Origin: an uncultured Bacilli bacterium
GTDB lineage: Bacteria > Bacillota_I > Bacilli_A > RF39 > UBA660
Assembly (NCBI GenBank): GCA_947589735.1
Contig: CANQCR010000003.1
Span: forward strand, 37,324-101,323
Length of the DNA stretch: 64,000 nt
Direction of reading: 5' to 3'
Shown piece after piece: positions 1 to 8,678 of the stretch (the stretch's first letter is position 1; each line of letters starts with the position of its first letter). Below the pieces are notes generated by a model. That model was not told the origin of the DNA and searched no databases. It saw nothing but the letters and a program-made list of their open reading frames with translations. The position numbers and the translations under genes were made by a program.

Positions 1-805
1 CTTCTACACCTGTTGGAATTACCATAGTAAATGGAACTTTAATGCCTTTACTATTTAAAACTGATAATCCATACATTTTTCCACCAATATATTTTACTAC
101 GAATTTTTTAATATATAGTTCACTTAGAATACTACATGTATCTAAATCTAAAATTTTTCTTTCAGAAAGTGAATCAAATAGTCTTTTTCTAAGTGCAAAT
201 TGCTCTAATGAAAATGGATCCATTGAATTATCATCACAATAAACTTGTTGTAACTGTTCTAAGTATTGACCATAATTTTCATCAAAGAAATGATGCTGCA
301 TATCTTGCCATTTTTTTAATACGATATACTTTTTTAGCAAATCATCTGAAATGGTTAAGTTTTCACTATCTAACTTAATAGCTTCTTTTGTATCAACAGA
401 TAAATATGCTCTATCAATTTGGGCAATAATATTTAAATAATTATCAGGATATTTTCTTTGAATTTCTTCTACAATTCCATCACTTAATGTTGAATGTTCA
501 TCCATACTTTCTAAGAAATAGAAATATGCAAGAGATCTTAGGGCAAAGAAAATTTTATCATTTTCTGTTTCTGATTTTTGTGATTTTTCATAATAATCAA
601 TTGTATCTTGTCTAATATCATTGAATATACTATTTAATTCTTCAGAAGTAATTCTTCCACTAAGAATATTAATATAGTTTAAAATTTTCATTCCAAACAT
701 TTCATCATCTATAGCTTCAAACATCATTCTACTTCTAAAGGCTTTATTTGTAATTGTTTTTTCCAACACTTCTTTATATTTTTTAAATTCTTCTAACTTA
801 ATCAT
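1..805 (-). CDS. Hypothetical protein, partial. The N-terminal 268 aa lie in the window and the ORF runs off the window start. Last gene of the rSAM operon.
   Basis: Hand translation of the minus strand from the ATG at 805-803 shows no in-frame stop down to position 2 (MIKLEEFKKYKEVLEKT...). It overlaps the stop of the upstream rSAM gene by 8 nt. It is absent from the ORF track only because it is truncated by the window edge. Confidence 0.55.
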   Translation of the reverse strand, partial: MIKLEEFKKYKEVLEKTITNKAFRSRMMFEAIDDEMFGMKILNYINILSGRITSEELNSIFNDIRQDTIDYYEKSQKSETENDKIFFALRSLAYFYFLESMDEHSTLSDGIVEEIQRKYPDNYLNIIAQIDRAYLSVDTKEAIKLDSENLTISDDLLKKYIVLKKWQDMQHHFFDENYGQYLEQLQQVYCDDNSMDPFSLEQFALRKRLFDSLSERKILDLDTCSILSELYIKKFVVKYIGGKMYGLSVLNSKGIKVPFTMVIPTGVE

Positions 806-1982
806 TTTTTTCACCTTTTTTCCCTTGTTTTATTGCTAAACACACTCTATCAGTGTTCTGTTCAGATAATTTTTTTAAAAATTTAAATCTATTAACATTA
901 TCCCATATCTCTTTTAAAGTATTTTTATTTAAGTCTCCTAAATAGCTAGTTTTTATAAATGGGCAACAATATACTTTACCATTTGGATCTATCGTTACTC
1001 TAGCAACACCAGCCGTACACTTCCAATTATCATTGCCAATATAGTTTTTCTTTCCTTTACTAAAGGTATATACTTTCCTTATACCATCACTATCTGGCAC
1101 TTCCGAATAATAAATATATCCAAACTCAGGATGTTTTTTATACAAATCATTTATTTTTTCTTTCAAAGTGAGTTGTTCATTCATAGATATTTTTAAATCT
1201 TTACTAGCATTTCCTTGGACAATTAAATTTGATAATTGTACATCTTTAACACCAATTGTCTTTAATAAAGTAACCATATCTATTATATCACAATAATTTA
1301 TCTTATTGATAACTGTGTTAGTTACAACAGTATATCCTTTACTAATTGCATATTTGATATTCTCAATAGTTTTATCAAAAGTGTTTTTTCCTCTTATTTT
1401 TTCATGTGTTTCTTTTAAACCATCCACACTAACATAGAATAATAGTAATTCTTTATGCGAAATAGTTAAATCAATTTTATCTAATACTTTTTTTAAAAGG
1501 ATAGCATTGGTAAATACAGCTACTTTAATACCATTATCTATAAACTTTTTAATAATATCTTCGATACCATTATATGTTAGGCATTCTCCACCAGATATAG
1601 TTACTTCCATTACATTTGAATCAATTATCATATTAGCAATTTTCATTGCTGTTTCATATGGCAATTCAAAACCATCTAGTTTACCTAAATAGCAATGTTT
1701 ACATTTTAAATTACATTTATTAGTAATTTTCCATTGAATTTTAATAGGTGTTTCAAGTTTTAAGTTATCTTCATAATAATCTTTTGCCATTAATTTTTTT
1801 TCAATTTCATTATATAAAATTTTTAATTCTCTTTTATTATATCCCGTTTTTTCTTCAATTACTTTTAAATCATTTTGATGATCAAACATATCAAGCAACT
1901 TAAAAGTTAAATCATTTACTACGTAATACTTATCATTCCAAAAGACTAAATATCTATCATTTCCTATTTTTCTTTTCAGCAT
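798..1982 (-). CDS. Radical SAM/SPASM-domain protein with an N-terminal RRE (PqqD-like) peptide-binding domain. Likely a peptide-modifying maturase.
   Basis: CX3CX2C motif (CNLKCKHC); a C-terminal Cys-rich SPASM/twitch region (WKC..YCCPF..RVC); and about 85 aa of wHTH-like sequence before the rSAM core. Confidence 0.8.
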   Translation of the reverse strand: MLKRKIGNDRYLVFWNDKYYVVNDLTFKLLDMFDHQNDLKVIEEKTGYNKRELKILYNEIEKKLMAKDYYEDNLKLETPIKIQWKITNKCNLKCKHCYLGKLDGFELPYETAMKIANMIIDSNVMEVTISGGECLTYNGIEDIIKKFIDNGIKVAVFTNAILLKKVLDKIDLTISHKELLLFYVSVDGLKETHEKIRGKNTFDKTIENIKYAISKGYTVVTNTVINKINYCDIIDMVTLLKTIGVKDVQLSNLIVQGNASKDLKISMNEQLTLKEKINDLYKKHPEFGYIYYSEVPDSDGIRKVYTFSKGKKNYIGNDNWKCTAGVARVTIDPNGKVYCCPFIKTSYLGDLNKNTLKEIWDNVNRFKFLKKLSEQNTDRVCLAIKQGKKGEKND

Positions 1983-3207
1983 TCAAACTCACATCCTTTA
2001 ATACTCCATCCCTATATAACGCCACTAAGAAATTTTTATATTTTTCAAATTGTTCTAATCTTTCGCCATTGTTAATTTTTTCTAAAATCTTAACTGCTTC
2101 TAAATTATACTTTCTAGACGGATATGATAAACTAACATAATCTTTTTTTTCTTTTCTTAATACTGAAATGTTAACTTTCATATTCTTTTTCTTTATTTTA
2201 TTCCATACTTTTTCGATTTCCGTTTTAACAATATAGTCATTTATTTCATTTAGTTTTTCTCCTAATTCAATTTTACAACCACATCGACATCTAGCTAAAT
2301 TCTTACATACTTTACAATATTCAGGGATCCATGCCATTTTCCTATAATCTTTAAGGGAAGTTTGATTCCAAATTTTTTTTATACTATTCTCTTTAATATT
2401 GCCAATAATTCTTTTTGAACTAGGACATATTTTTACATTACCATTATAATCAATACTACCAAATAAATAACCTGCACCACATCCATGTGTTAAATATGTA
2501 TACTTATCTTCTACAGTACATGGTGCAATACAATCATTTATAGAAAAGTTATAACCCTCACTCTTTAATATATTTAAATTTTCCACAAATGAATTAATAT
2601 TTATATAACACTTATTCTTTTTGCCTTCGCCTATATTATTGTATTTAGCAAATGAAACAGGTATATTTTTTTTATTTCCAAATTCTAAAATAGACCGCAT
2701 TTCTTTAATATCCTGATTATCACTTGTAACGGTATAATTTATTTTAACATTTGTAATTTTTCTTGCTAATTCAATATTTAATAGCACTTTGTCATAGCAA
2801 TTAGAATCAGTTAGTTTATTGTGCATTTCTTTGGTACCATGAAGAGAAACACAAACACACATAATTTTATTTAAAACAGGTTGAATTTTATCAAGAAATA
2901 TACCATTTGTTAAAATTGTCTGCCTAATTCCTAATTGGGAAGCATATTCTACAATTTCCATAAAGTTTGGATGCATAAGTGGTTCTCCACCAGTATAATA
3001 CACATCATATATTCCATTATTCTTTAGTTCATCTAAAATACTTCTCGCCATATCCATACTCATATATTCATTATTTTTATTTGATACGGAGCAAAACTTA
3101 CACCGCAAATTACAACTATTATTCAATTCTAAATAAAAGTACAAAGGCATATCAACGGTATCTAATGAAATATTTTGATTATAGCCAACACTCTCATACT
3201 TAATCAT
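1957..3207 (-). CDS. Radical SAM/SPASM-domain protein
   Basis: CNLRCKFC rSAM motif; a full SPASM motif (CKVCKNLARCRCGC); and a 26-nt overlap with the downstream rSAM gene. Confidence 0.8.
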   Translation of the reverse strand: MIKYESVGYNQNISLDTVDMPLYFYLELNNSCNLRCKFCSVSNKNNEYMSMDMARSILDELKNNGIYDVYYTGGEPLMHPNFMEIVEYASQLGIRQTILTNGIFLDKIQPVLNKIMCVCVSLHGTKEMHNKLTDSNCYDKVLLNIELARKITNVKINYTVTSDNQDIKEMRSILEFGNKKNIPVSFAKYNNIGEGKKNKCYININSFVENLNILKSEGYNFSINDCIAPCTVEDKYTYLTHGCGAGYLFGSIDYNGNVKICPSSKRIIGNIKENSIKKIWNQTSLKDYRKMAWIPEYCKVCKNLARCRCGCKIELGEKLNEINDYIVKTEIEKVWNKIKKKNMKVNISVLRKEKKDYVSLSYPSRKYNLEAVKILEKINNGERLEQFEKYKNFLVALYRDGVLKDVSLNAEKKNRK

Positions 3208-3341
3208 TTTATCTTTTCCTTAATTTTATTATCAACTTGGACAATTCTACATTGCGTCATTTCTGGTTTTAACTCTTTTAAATATATTTTTGATTGCAAA
3301 TCTTTTTTATCAGTTTTTTTTAGTAACGATTTAATACCCAT
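3204..3341 (-). CDS. Unannotated 45-aa ORF (MGIKSLLKKTDKKDLQSKIYLKELKPEMTQCRIVQVDNKIKEKIK). Candidate precursor peptide or small partner of the rSAM enzymes.
   Basis: An AGGAG motif sits 9 nt upstream of the ATG. The start overlaps the end of the B12-rSAM gene by 11 nt. The stop TGA overlaps the ATG of the next rSAM gene (ATGA). Confidence 0.5.
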   Translation of the reverse strand: MGIKSLLKKTDKKDLQSKIYLKELKPEMTQCRIVQVDNKIKEKIK

Positions 3342-4971
3342 TTTTCGCATCTCCTTTATAATTTAAGCTATAATATTTTCTATCTAAATACATATATTCT
3401 GAACGATATAATATTTTCAAGCGAGTATTTGCAAATTGCTTTATTTTTTTAATATTATTAAATTTATTAATAATAGACATATATTTATAGTAATTATCAT
3501 TTTTAGTTCTATAAATCAAATTCAAGTCTTGTTCTTCATTTAAGCAACTTAAATCAACCAATTTTGAGTTTCGCATATAATTAAATATGCTTAAGCCAAA
3601 AGTATCTAAATACTTAAATTTTCTAATAAATCTTAATGTTTTTCTAATATTTAAAATATTTTCCGTTGGATATCCAATCATAAATGTTGCTGATACGGAG
3701 ATTCCTGAATTATAAAAAATTTTCATGGTTTTTTTAGCAATATTCAAATCGATTCCTTTATTCATATCTCGCAATATTTTTTTATTATAAGACTCTACCC
3801 CAAACGATATTTCTCTACACCCGCTATTATATAAAATATTCGCGAATTTTCTATCTATATACTTGCTATCAATTCTAGTCTCGACCATCCATTTTATGTT
3901 AATGTCATTATCTATTAAATATGTAGCTAATTGCATTAAAATATCTGCTGGGATACATTCATCAACAAAATATACCGCTTCAATATGTTCTCTATTATAT
4001 AATTTTTTTAAATATGCAAATATTTTATTGATATCATATGTATGATAGCCGTTATAGTAATAGTATCTAGAGCAAAACATACATTTTGAATGATAACACC
4101 CATAGTTTAAAGTAAGTGGAACTAACTTTAAGTTTGATAAATAATTTTCTAAATTCAAATCACTAAAATCAGGCACATATTTATCTTTATAAAAGCAATC
4201 TTGCTGTTTATTAATCTTATATATAATTTTATTCTCATTTCTATAAATAACATTGTCTATATTTGATACTTTCTTATTTTGAAAGATTTTAATCGTTTCT
4301 ACAACATTATTATAGTTTCCGAATAAAACTATCCCATCTATATAAGAACACTTTTCCATTAGTTCTTTTAAATTTTTATTTATGTGTGTAATATAGTCTC
4401 CACCTAAGATAATTTTAATACTACTATTTTTAGATTTTAAATACCTTGAAAATCTAATAGCGTAGCTTAATTGAAAAGGATATTGAACACTTAAATAAAC
4501 AATATCGTTGTCATTTAAATCATGAGTATTTTTTAGAACCTTATCAAATATGCTATTTTCTTCACTAAAAGCTAATTCTATAATGTCATCAACTGTAAGA
4601 ATCTTTTTAGAAAAATCTATTCCTCTTCTTTCCCATTTTATCCCATAATGTCGGCCCATTATTTCTAAATATTTATGTATTTGTTCATTAGCTTCGATAA
4701 TCTTTAGGGTATCAATTTCCCTATCTTGCATTTGCTTTACAGCTTTTTCAATATTATCTACGATATTTTTTTCTTTTTCATTTAATGAATTATAATATTG
4801 TAAACACATCTCTTTAATATAATTATTTTTAAAACAGGTTTTCAAAAATCTTGATGTTAAATCATATTGTTTAGATTTTATTTTACATTCTTTCAAATAG
4901 CCTTTCAATAAAGGAACACTTATTTGTGGCATATTAAAGGCTGTCCCAGGTAATGTATATAAATAAAGCAT
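3331..4971 (-). CDS. B12-binding-domain radical SAM protein (class B rSAM, probable methyltransferase)
   Basis: An N-terminal cobalamin-binding-like domain and a Cys motif CYHSKCMFC inside an rSAM core. Confidence 0.7.
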   Translation of the reverse strand: MLYLYTLPGTAFNMPQISVPLLKGYLKECKIKSKQYDLTSRFLKTCFKNNYIKEMCLQYYNSLNEKEKNIVDNIEKAVKQMQDREIDTLKIIEANEQIHKYLEIMGRHYGIKWERRGIDFSKKILTVDDIIELAFSEENSIFDKVLKNTHDLNDNDIVYLSVQYPFQLSYAIRFSRYLKSKNSSIKIILGGDYITHINKNLKELMEKCSYIDGIVLFGNYNNVVETIKIFQNKKVSNIDNVIYRNENKIIYKINKQQDCFYKDKYVPDFSDLNLENYLSNLKLVPLTLNYGCYHSKCMFCSRYYYYNGYHTYDINKIFAYLKKLYNREHIEAVYFVDECIPADILMQLATYLIDNDINIKWMVETRIDSKYIDRKFANILYNSGCREISFGVESYNKKILRDMNKGIDLNIAKKTMKIFYNSGISVSATFMIGYPTENILNIRKTLRFIRKFKYLDTFGLSIFNYMRNSKLVDLSCLNEEQDLNLIYRTKNDNYYKYMSIINKFNNIKKIKQFANTRLKILYRSEYMYLDRKYYSLNYKGDAKNGY

Positions 4972-5954
4972 TATAGAACTATTTCCCCGATACGTTTAAT
5001 AACTTCTTGAGAAAAAATTTCATTATTTACCCAAATTTTAATGAATGGGACAACTTCATCAAATTTTTGGATACCGGCTAAATCGCTTAAACTATCATAT
5101 ATTTTATTCATTAATTTATTATCATCAAAGATTATAGAAATAAAGTTGGCACCAGATTTAATAATTTTTATACCTTTTATGTCTTTAAAAGCATTATATA
5201 TTAAGTCTCTATTAGCTTTAATATATTCTCTAGTATCAACAAATGCTTTTAGTATTTTTTTATCATTTAATAAAGATACAAAGAAATTTTCAGAATAAGA
5301 AGTAACTGAATGTGGTGGGATAATGGTATTTCTTAGGCCTTCTATTTTTTTAGTTGTTACCATATAGCCTGTCCTATAACCGGAAGCTAAAAACTTTTTT
5401 GAAAATGATCTAAATATTATAACCCTATCATTTTCTAAGCAAATATCTATCATTCCTCTTTCATCATCTGAATAATCAATATATGCTTCATCAATAATCA
5501 AAGTTCCTTTATATATATTCAATATTTCATTTATTTGCTTTTTTGTAAATAACTCACCGCTAAACCACCTTGGTGAAGATATACATAATAAATCCTTATT
5601 ACTTGACTTAACTCTTTTTAAATTATTAATAAAATCTTCCGTATGAATTCCTTGTACAAATATTATTTTTTTATCATTTAATAATGCTGTCCTTTTATAT
5701 AGAGCAAATTCTATATCTGGTAATATAATATTTTTCCAATCCTTTAATCCAACTATTGCATTAATAAATTGACTAATACCAGCACCAACATATATATAGT
5801 CTTTTTTTACATTTATGTAATTTGAAATTGCCTTAACAAGAGGATCTTCTAGAGGATATGCTAAATTATAGTTAAAATCCCCGTTGGCGTTTTCTTTAAA
5901 GTGTTTTATTTCCCATTTCCTTAATAATTTATTATTTTGCCATACTGATGACAT
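4971..5954 (-). CDS. Class I/II PLP-dependent aminotransferase/decarboxylase family (HisC/CobD-like)
   Basis: IDEAY and RSFSKKFLASGYRTGY motifs with the PLP lysine. The 327-aa length is typical of CobD-like members. Confidence 0.75.
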   Translation of the reverse strand: MSSVWQNNKLLRKWEIKHFKENANGDFNYNLAYPLEDPLVKAISNYINVKKDYIYVGAGISQFINAIVGLKDWKNIILPDIEFALYKRTALLNDKKIIFVQGIHTEDFINNLKRVKSSNKDLLCISSPRWFSGELFTKKQINEILNIYKGTLIIDEAYIDYSDDERGMIDICLENDRVIIFRSFSKKFLASGYRTGYMVTTKKIEGLRNTIIPPHSVTSYSENFFVSLLNDKKILKAFVDTREYIKANRDLIYNAFKDIKGIKIIKSGANFISIIFDDNKLMNKIYDSLSDLAGIQKFDEVVPFIKIWVNNEIFSQEVIKRIGEIVL

Positions 5955-6021
5955 ATACTATCTTTCCTTTCTTTAAACAATAGTACACATTGCTTATTTA
6001 AACTCTAGTATGTTCTATTCA

Positions 6022-6060
6022 TTTATAAACAAAAAAGAGGGCCATAAAACAAGGCCCTCC
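6022..6060 (-). terminator. Rho-independent terminator of the gene ending at 6139
   Basis: GAGGGCC-N9-GGCCCTC hairpin followed on the minus strand by TTTTTTGTTTAT. Confidence 0.7.
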
Positions 6061-6138
6061 TCCTCCACAAGTACTACAAATTAATTTATCACTTATTTTA
6101 TTACTTTTTTTAATGAAAATCAATTGTTTTTATATATT

Positions 6139-6528
6139 TTATTTTTTTATATAAACAGATATAACGTATAAATCCATACCATCAGCATTTTTATCATAGA
6201 TAACATTATCAATAATAGGAAGCATATGATAATAATTGTTTTTATCCCAGCAAAATACAATATATGAATCATTATTCAAATTCAAATCTTTAATCATAAC
6301 ATCTTTATCAAAATCAACATTAAAAATATTATTATCTTCCATATATTTTTCAAATACCGGTATATCATTAAATGAAGAACAATTTAATTCTTTTGCAACT
6401 TCACATAAGTCATTATAAACATCTTCATATTCTTTATTTAAAATCTTACACAAACTTCTTATTACGCAATTACTTTTACCGTTTTTATCTGATATACAAA
6501 ATTCTTTAAATATCATCTTAATCTCCAA
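6139..6528 (-). CDS. Hypothetical protein
   Basis: A 129-aa ORF within the run of minus-strand genes. Confidence 0.5.
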   Translation of the reverse strand: MEIKMIFKEFCISDKNGKSNCVIRSLCKILNKEYEDVYNDLCEVAKELNCSSFNDIPVFEKYMEDNNIFNVDFDKDVMIKDLNLNNDSYIVFCWDKNNYYHMLPIIDNVIYDKNADGMDLYVISVYIKK

Positions 6529-7006
6529 TCTTTTTTATTTTTGTATACATTCTTGAATGATATCCATTTTTATCATAAAACTTAATCGCATTTTCATTAT
6601 AAGCAAATACATCTACTAAAATATATTCACAACCTAGTGATTTGAAATATTCTTCCATCTTATTCATAAGCATATTACCTATACCCTTACTTCTTACATT
6701 TTTAGAAACTATTAATTCCGTTATTTCTCCTCTTTTCGGACATTTATAATCGAGATAATCATATTCATCATATGGAAAAATACATCCCATAATTAATCCT
6801 ACTGCTCTATCATTTTCAATTGCTATATAACATTTACCATTATTATTTTTAACTTTCTCTAAATCTAAAATTGCCATTTTATCTCTATATTCTGGATGTA
6901 GTTGATCTAAATTATCTTTATCAATAGATAAAATATACTCTTCAAGTTCAACTAACAAGTCTTTAACATCTTCCAAATATTTATCTTCGTATTCTATTAT
7001 TTTCAT
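6518..7006 (-). CDS. GNAT family N-acetyltransferase
   Basis: Acetyl-CoA-binding motif RSKGIGNMLM. Confidence 0.75.
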   Translation of the reverse strand: MKIIEYEDKYLEDVKDLLVELEEYILSIDKDNLDQLHPEYRDKMAILDLEKVKNNNGKCYIAIENDRAVGLIMGCIFPYDEYDYLDYKCPKRGEITELIVSKNVRSKGIGNMLMNKMEEYFKSLGCEYILVDVFAYNENAIKFYDKNGYHSRMYTKIKKIGD

Positions 7007-7604
7007 TATTAAAATAATACTCCTTAGTTAAACCATATTTAGAAAAAGTTAATATTCCATCATAAAAAGTATAAGGTGATTCTTTTACTACTTCACCAGT
7101 TTTTTCAAATCCTAGTTTTTCAAATATTCTACAAGATCCTATATTATCTTTTACAGCGCCAGAAGAAATACCATTTATTTCTACATCTTTAAACATATAA
7201 TCAATCATTGCTTTAGTAGCTTCGGTTGCATATCCTTTCCCTTGGTAAATAGGATATATATACCAACCCACATCACGAATGGTAATATCCTCTCCATTTT
7301 CCTGAGCAGATATCTGACCAATTACTTCTTCATAACCACTATTCGTATATTCCGGCTTCAAAAATACGCTCCATACAAATACATCATTATTATCTGCTTT
7401 TTCTACTTTAGATTTATAAAACTTTTCTTGATTTTCCCAAGTCCAGTGACTTGGATTATTTGCATATTTTTTCGCACTTGTTAGATACCATTTATTTACT
7501 TCTGGTATCATTAATATCTCCCACAATCTTTTTTGTTCTTCCATTTTAGAACTTCTTAATATTAATCTTTCCGTTTCTATTGTTTTACTTCCCATTAAAT
7601 TCAT
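6981..7604 (-). CDS. GNAT family N-acetyltransferase (RimJ/RimL-like)
   Basis: QGKGYATEA motif and RimL-like architecture. Confidence 0.75.
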   Translation of the reverse strand: MNLMGSKTIETERLILRSSKMEEQKRLWEILMIPEVNKWYLTSAKKYANNPSHWTWENQEKFYKSKVEKADNNDVFVWSVFLKPEYTNSGYEEVIGQISAQENGEDITIRDVGWYIYPIYQGKGYATEATKAMIDYMFKDVEINGISSGAVKDNIGSCRIFEKLGFEKTGEVVKESPYTFYDGILTFSKYGLTKEYYFNNENNRIRR

Positions 7605-7622
7605 AATATCAAACCCTTTTAT

Positions 7623-8378
7623 CTATACTCTATCATAACCCCACCAATCAGGAATTAATTCTTCTAGTCTTACTATTTCTTTCGTATTAATGTTTTTACA
7701 TATTTCAATATCTTTACTCTTTTTAGATAGTTGCATCAGATATTCTCTACATGCTCCACAAGGTAAACAAACATTTCCTTTTGAATCAATACAAACTAGT
7801 TTTATAATCTCATTTTCACCATTTGTAATCATATTAGCAATAGCATTCCGCTCACCACACATACCAAGTGTTGATGCCGTATCAATGCATACACCTGTGT
7901 AAATATTATGATTTTTAGTAAGTATTGCTGATCCAACTTGCCCTGCACTAATCATCCCTGATACTTCTCTTGGATTTCTAATATTCTTTGCCTTTTCATA
8001 TAATTCATCCCAAACAGTGTTTTCACTATATAAATATTCTATATGAATTGCATATACACCATTTTTCTCAATAGCTTCTTGATATCCATCTGGCGCACTT
8101 ACATTTCTAATTGCTTCTTCTTTATCTTTGGTAGAGGAAGTTGTATATCGTATGCCTTCTAAAGTGAATAATTCTTCTAAAGAATTATAATGATTTACTT
8201 CTTTAACTTTAACATAAAATACACCTAAATTATTACTAGTAAATTCTATAATATCATTTTCTTTTAATTTACTATAATCATACTCGCTATTTTCTTTTTT
8301 TACTCTTATTTCTACTCTCTTTGTATTATTCTTTATAGCTAAAGCTTCACAATCACTAATATTTAATTTCATTATCAT
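7623..8378 (-). CDS. ASCH-domain / cytidine-deoxycytidylate deaminase-like fusion protein
   Basis: An N-terminal ASCH-like region; C-terminal zinc motifs (MCGERNAI ... PCGACRE) typical of CDA and blasticidin-S deaminase folds. Confidence 0.65.
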   Translation of the reverse strand: MIMKLNISDCEALAIKNNTKRVEIRVKKENSEYDYSKLKENDIIEFTSNNLGVFYVKVKEVNHYNSLEELFTLEGIRYTTSSTKDKEEAIRNVSAPDGYQEAIEKNGVYAIHIEYLYSENTVWDELYEKAKNIRNPREVSGMISAGQVGSAILTKNHNIYTGVCIDTASTLGMCGERNAIANMITNGENEIIKLVCIDSKGNVCLPCGACREYLMQLSKKSKDIEICKNINTKEIVRLEELIPDWWGYDRV

Positions 8379-8446
8379 TTTAATATCCTCCTAACAAAAA
8401 AATTCTGCATAATGCAAAATTAATTTTATAAGTTAAAAGAATATTC

Positions 8447-8512
8447 CTAAAAGTTTAATAAATTAGGAGTAGTGATTAATTTTGCATTATTAACAACTTG
8501 TAAATTTTTCAT
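8447..8512 (-). CDS. 21-aa leader uORF (MKNLQVVNNAKLITTPNLLNF)
   Basis: Strong SD GAAAGGAGGG 9 nt upstream of the ATG. The ORF overlaps one arm of a 16-bp inverted repeat upstream of the deaminase gene. Confidence 0.4.
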   Translation of the reverse strand: MKNLQVVNNAKLITTPNLLNF

Positions 8513-8678
8513 CTTAATCACCCTCCTTTCTTTGAATAATTTACACTAATAATATATCATAATTTTATAATTTTTTAAATTACCTTTGCTTTTTCTTTAA
8601 CGATTAAAATAAAACTTGTTATATAAACGTTACTTTTCTAATATCATTTTGATATTTTAATTTTAAAAGTATCATTTA

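Noticed and set aside
42-378. Plus-strand ORFs 42..242 and 193..378
   Set aside because: They lie antisense inside the long open minus-strand frame of the partial gene at 1..805. They have no SD and low complexity, and are typical AT-rich antisense artefacts.
1507-1692. The numerous 60-110-aa plus-strand ORFs embedded antisense in minus-strand genes (for example 1507..1692, 2979..3203, 14749..15084, 43401..43697, 57609..57941)
   Set aside because: All overlap confidently assigned minus-strand genes, lack ribosome-binding sites and have biased, low-complexity composition.
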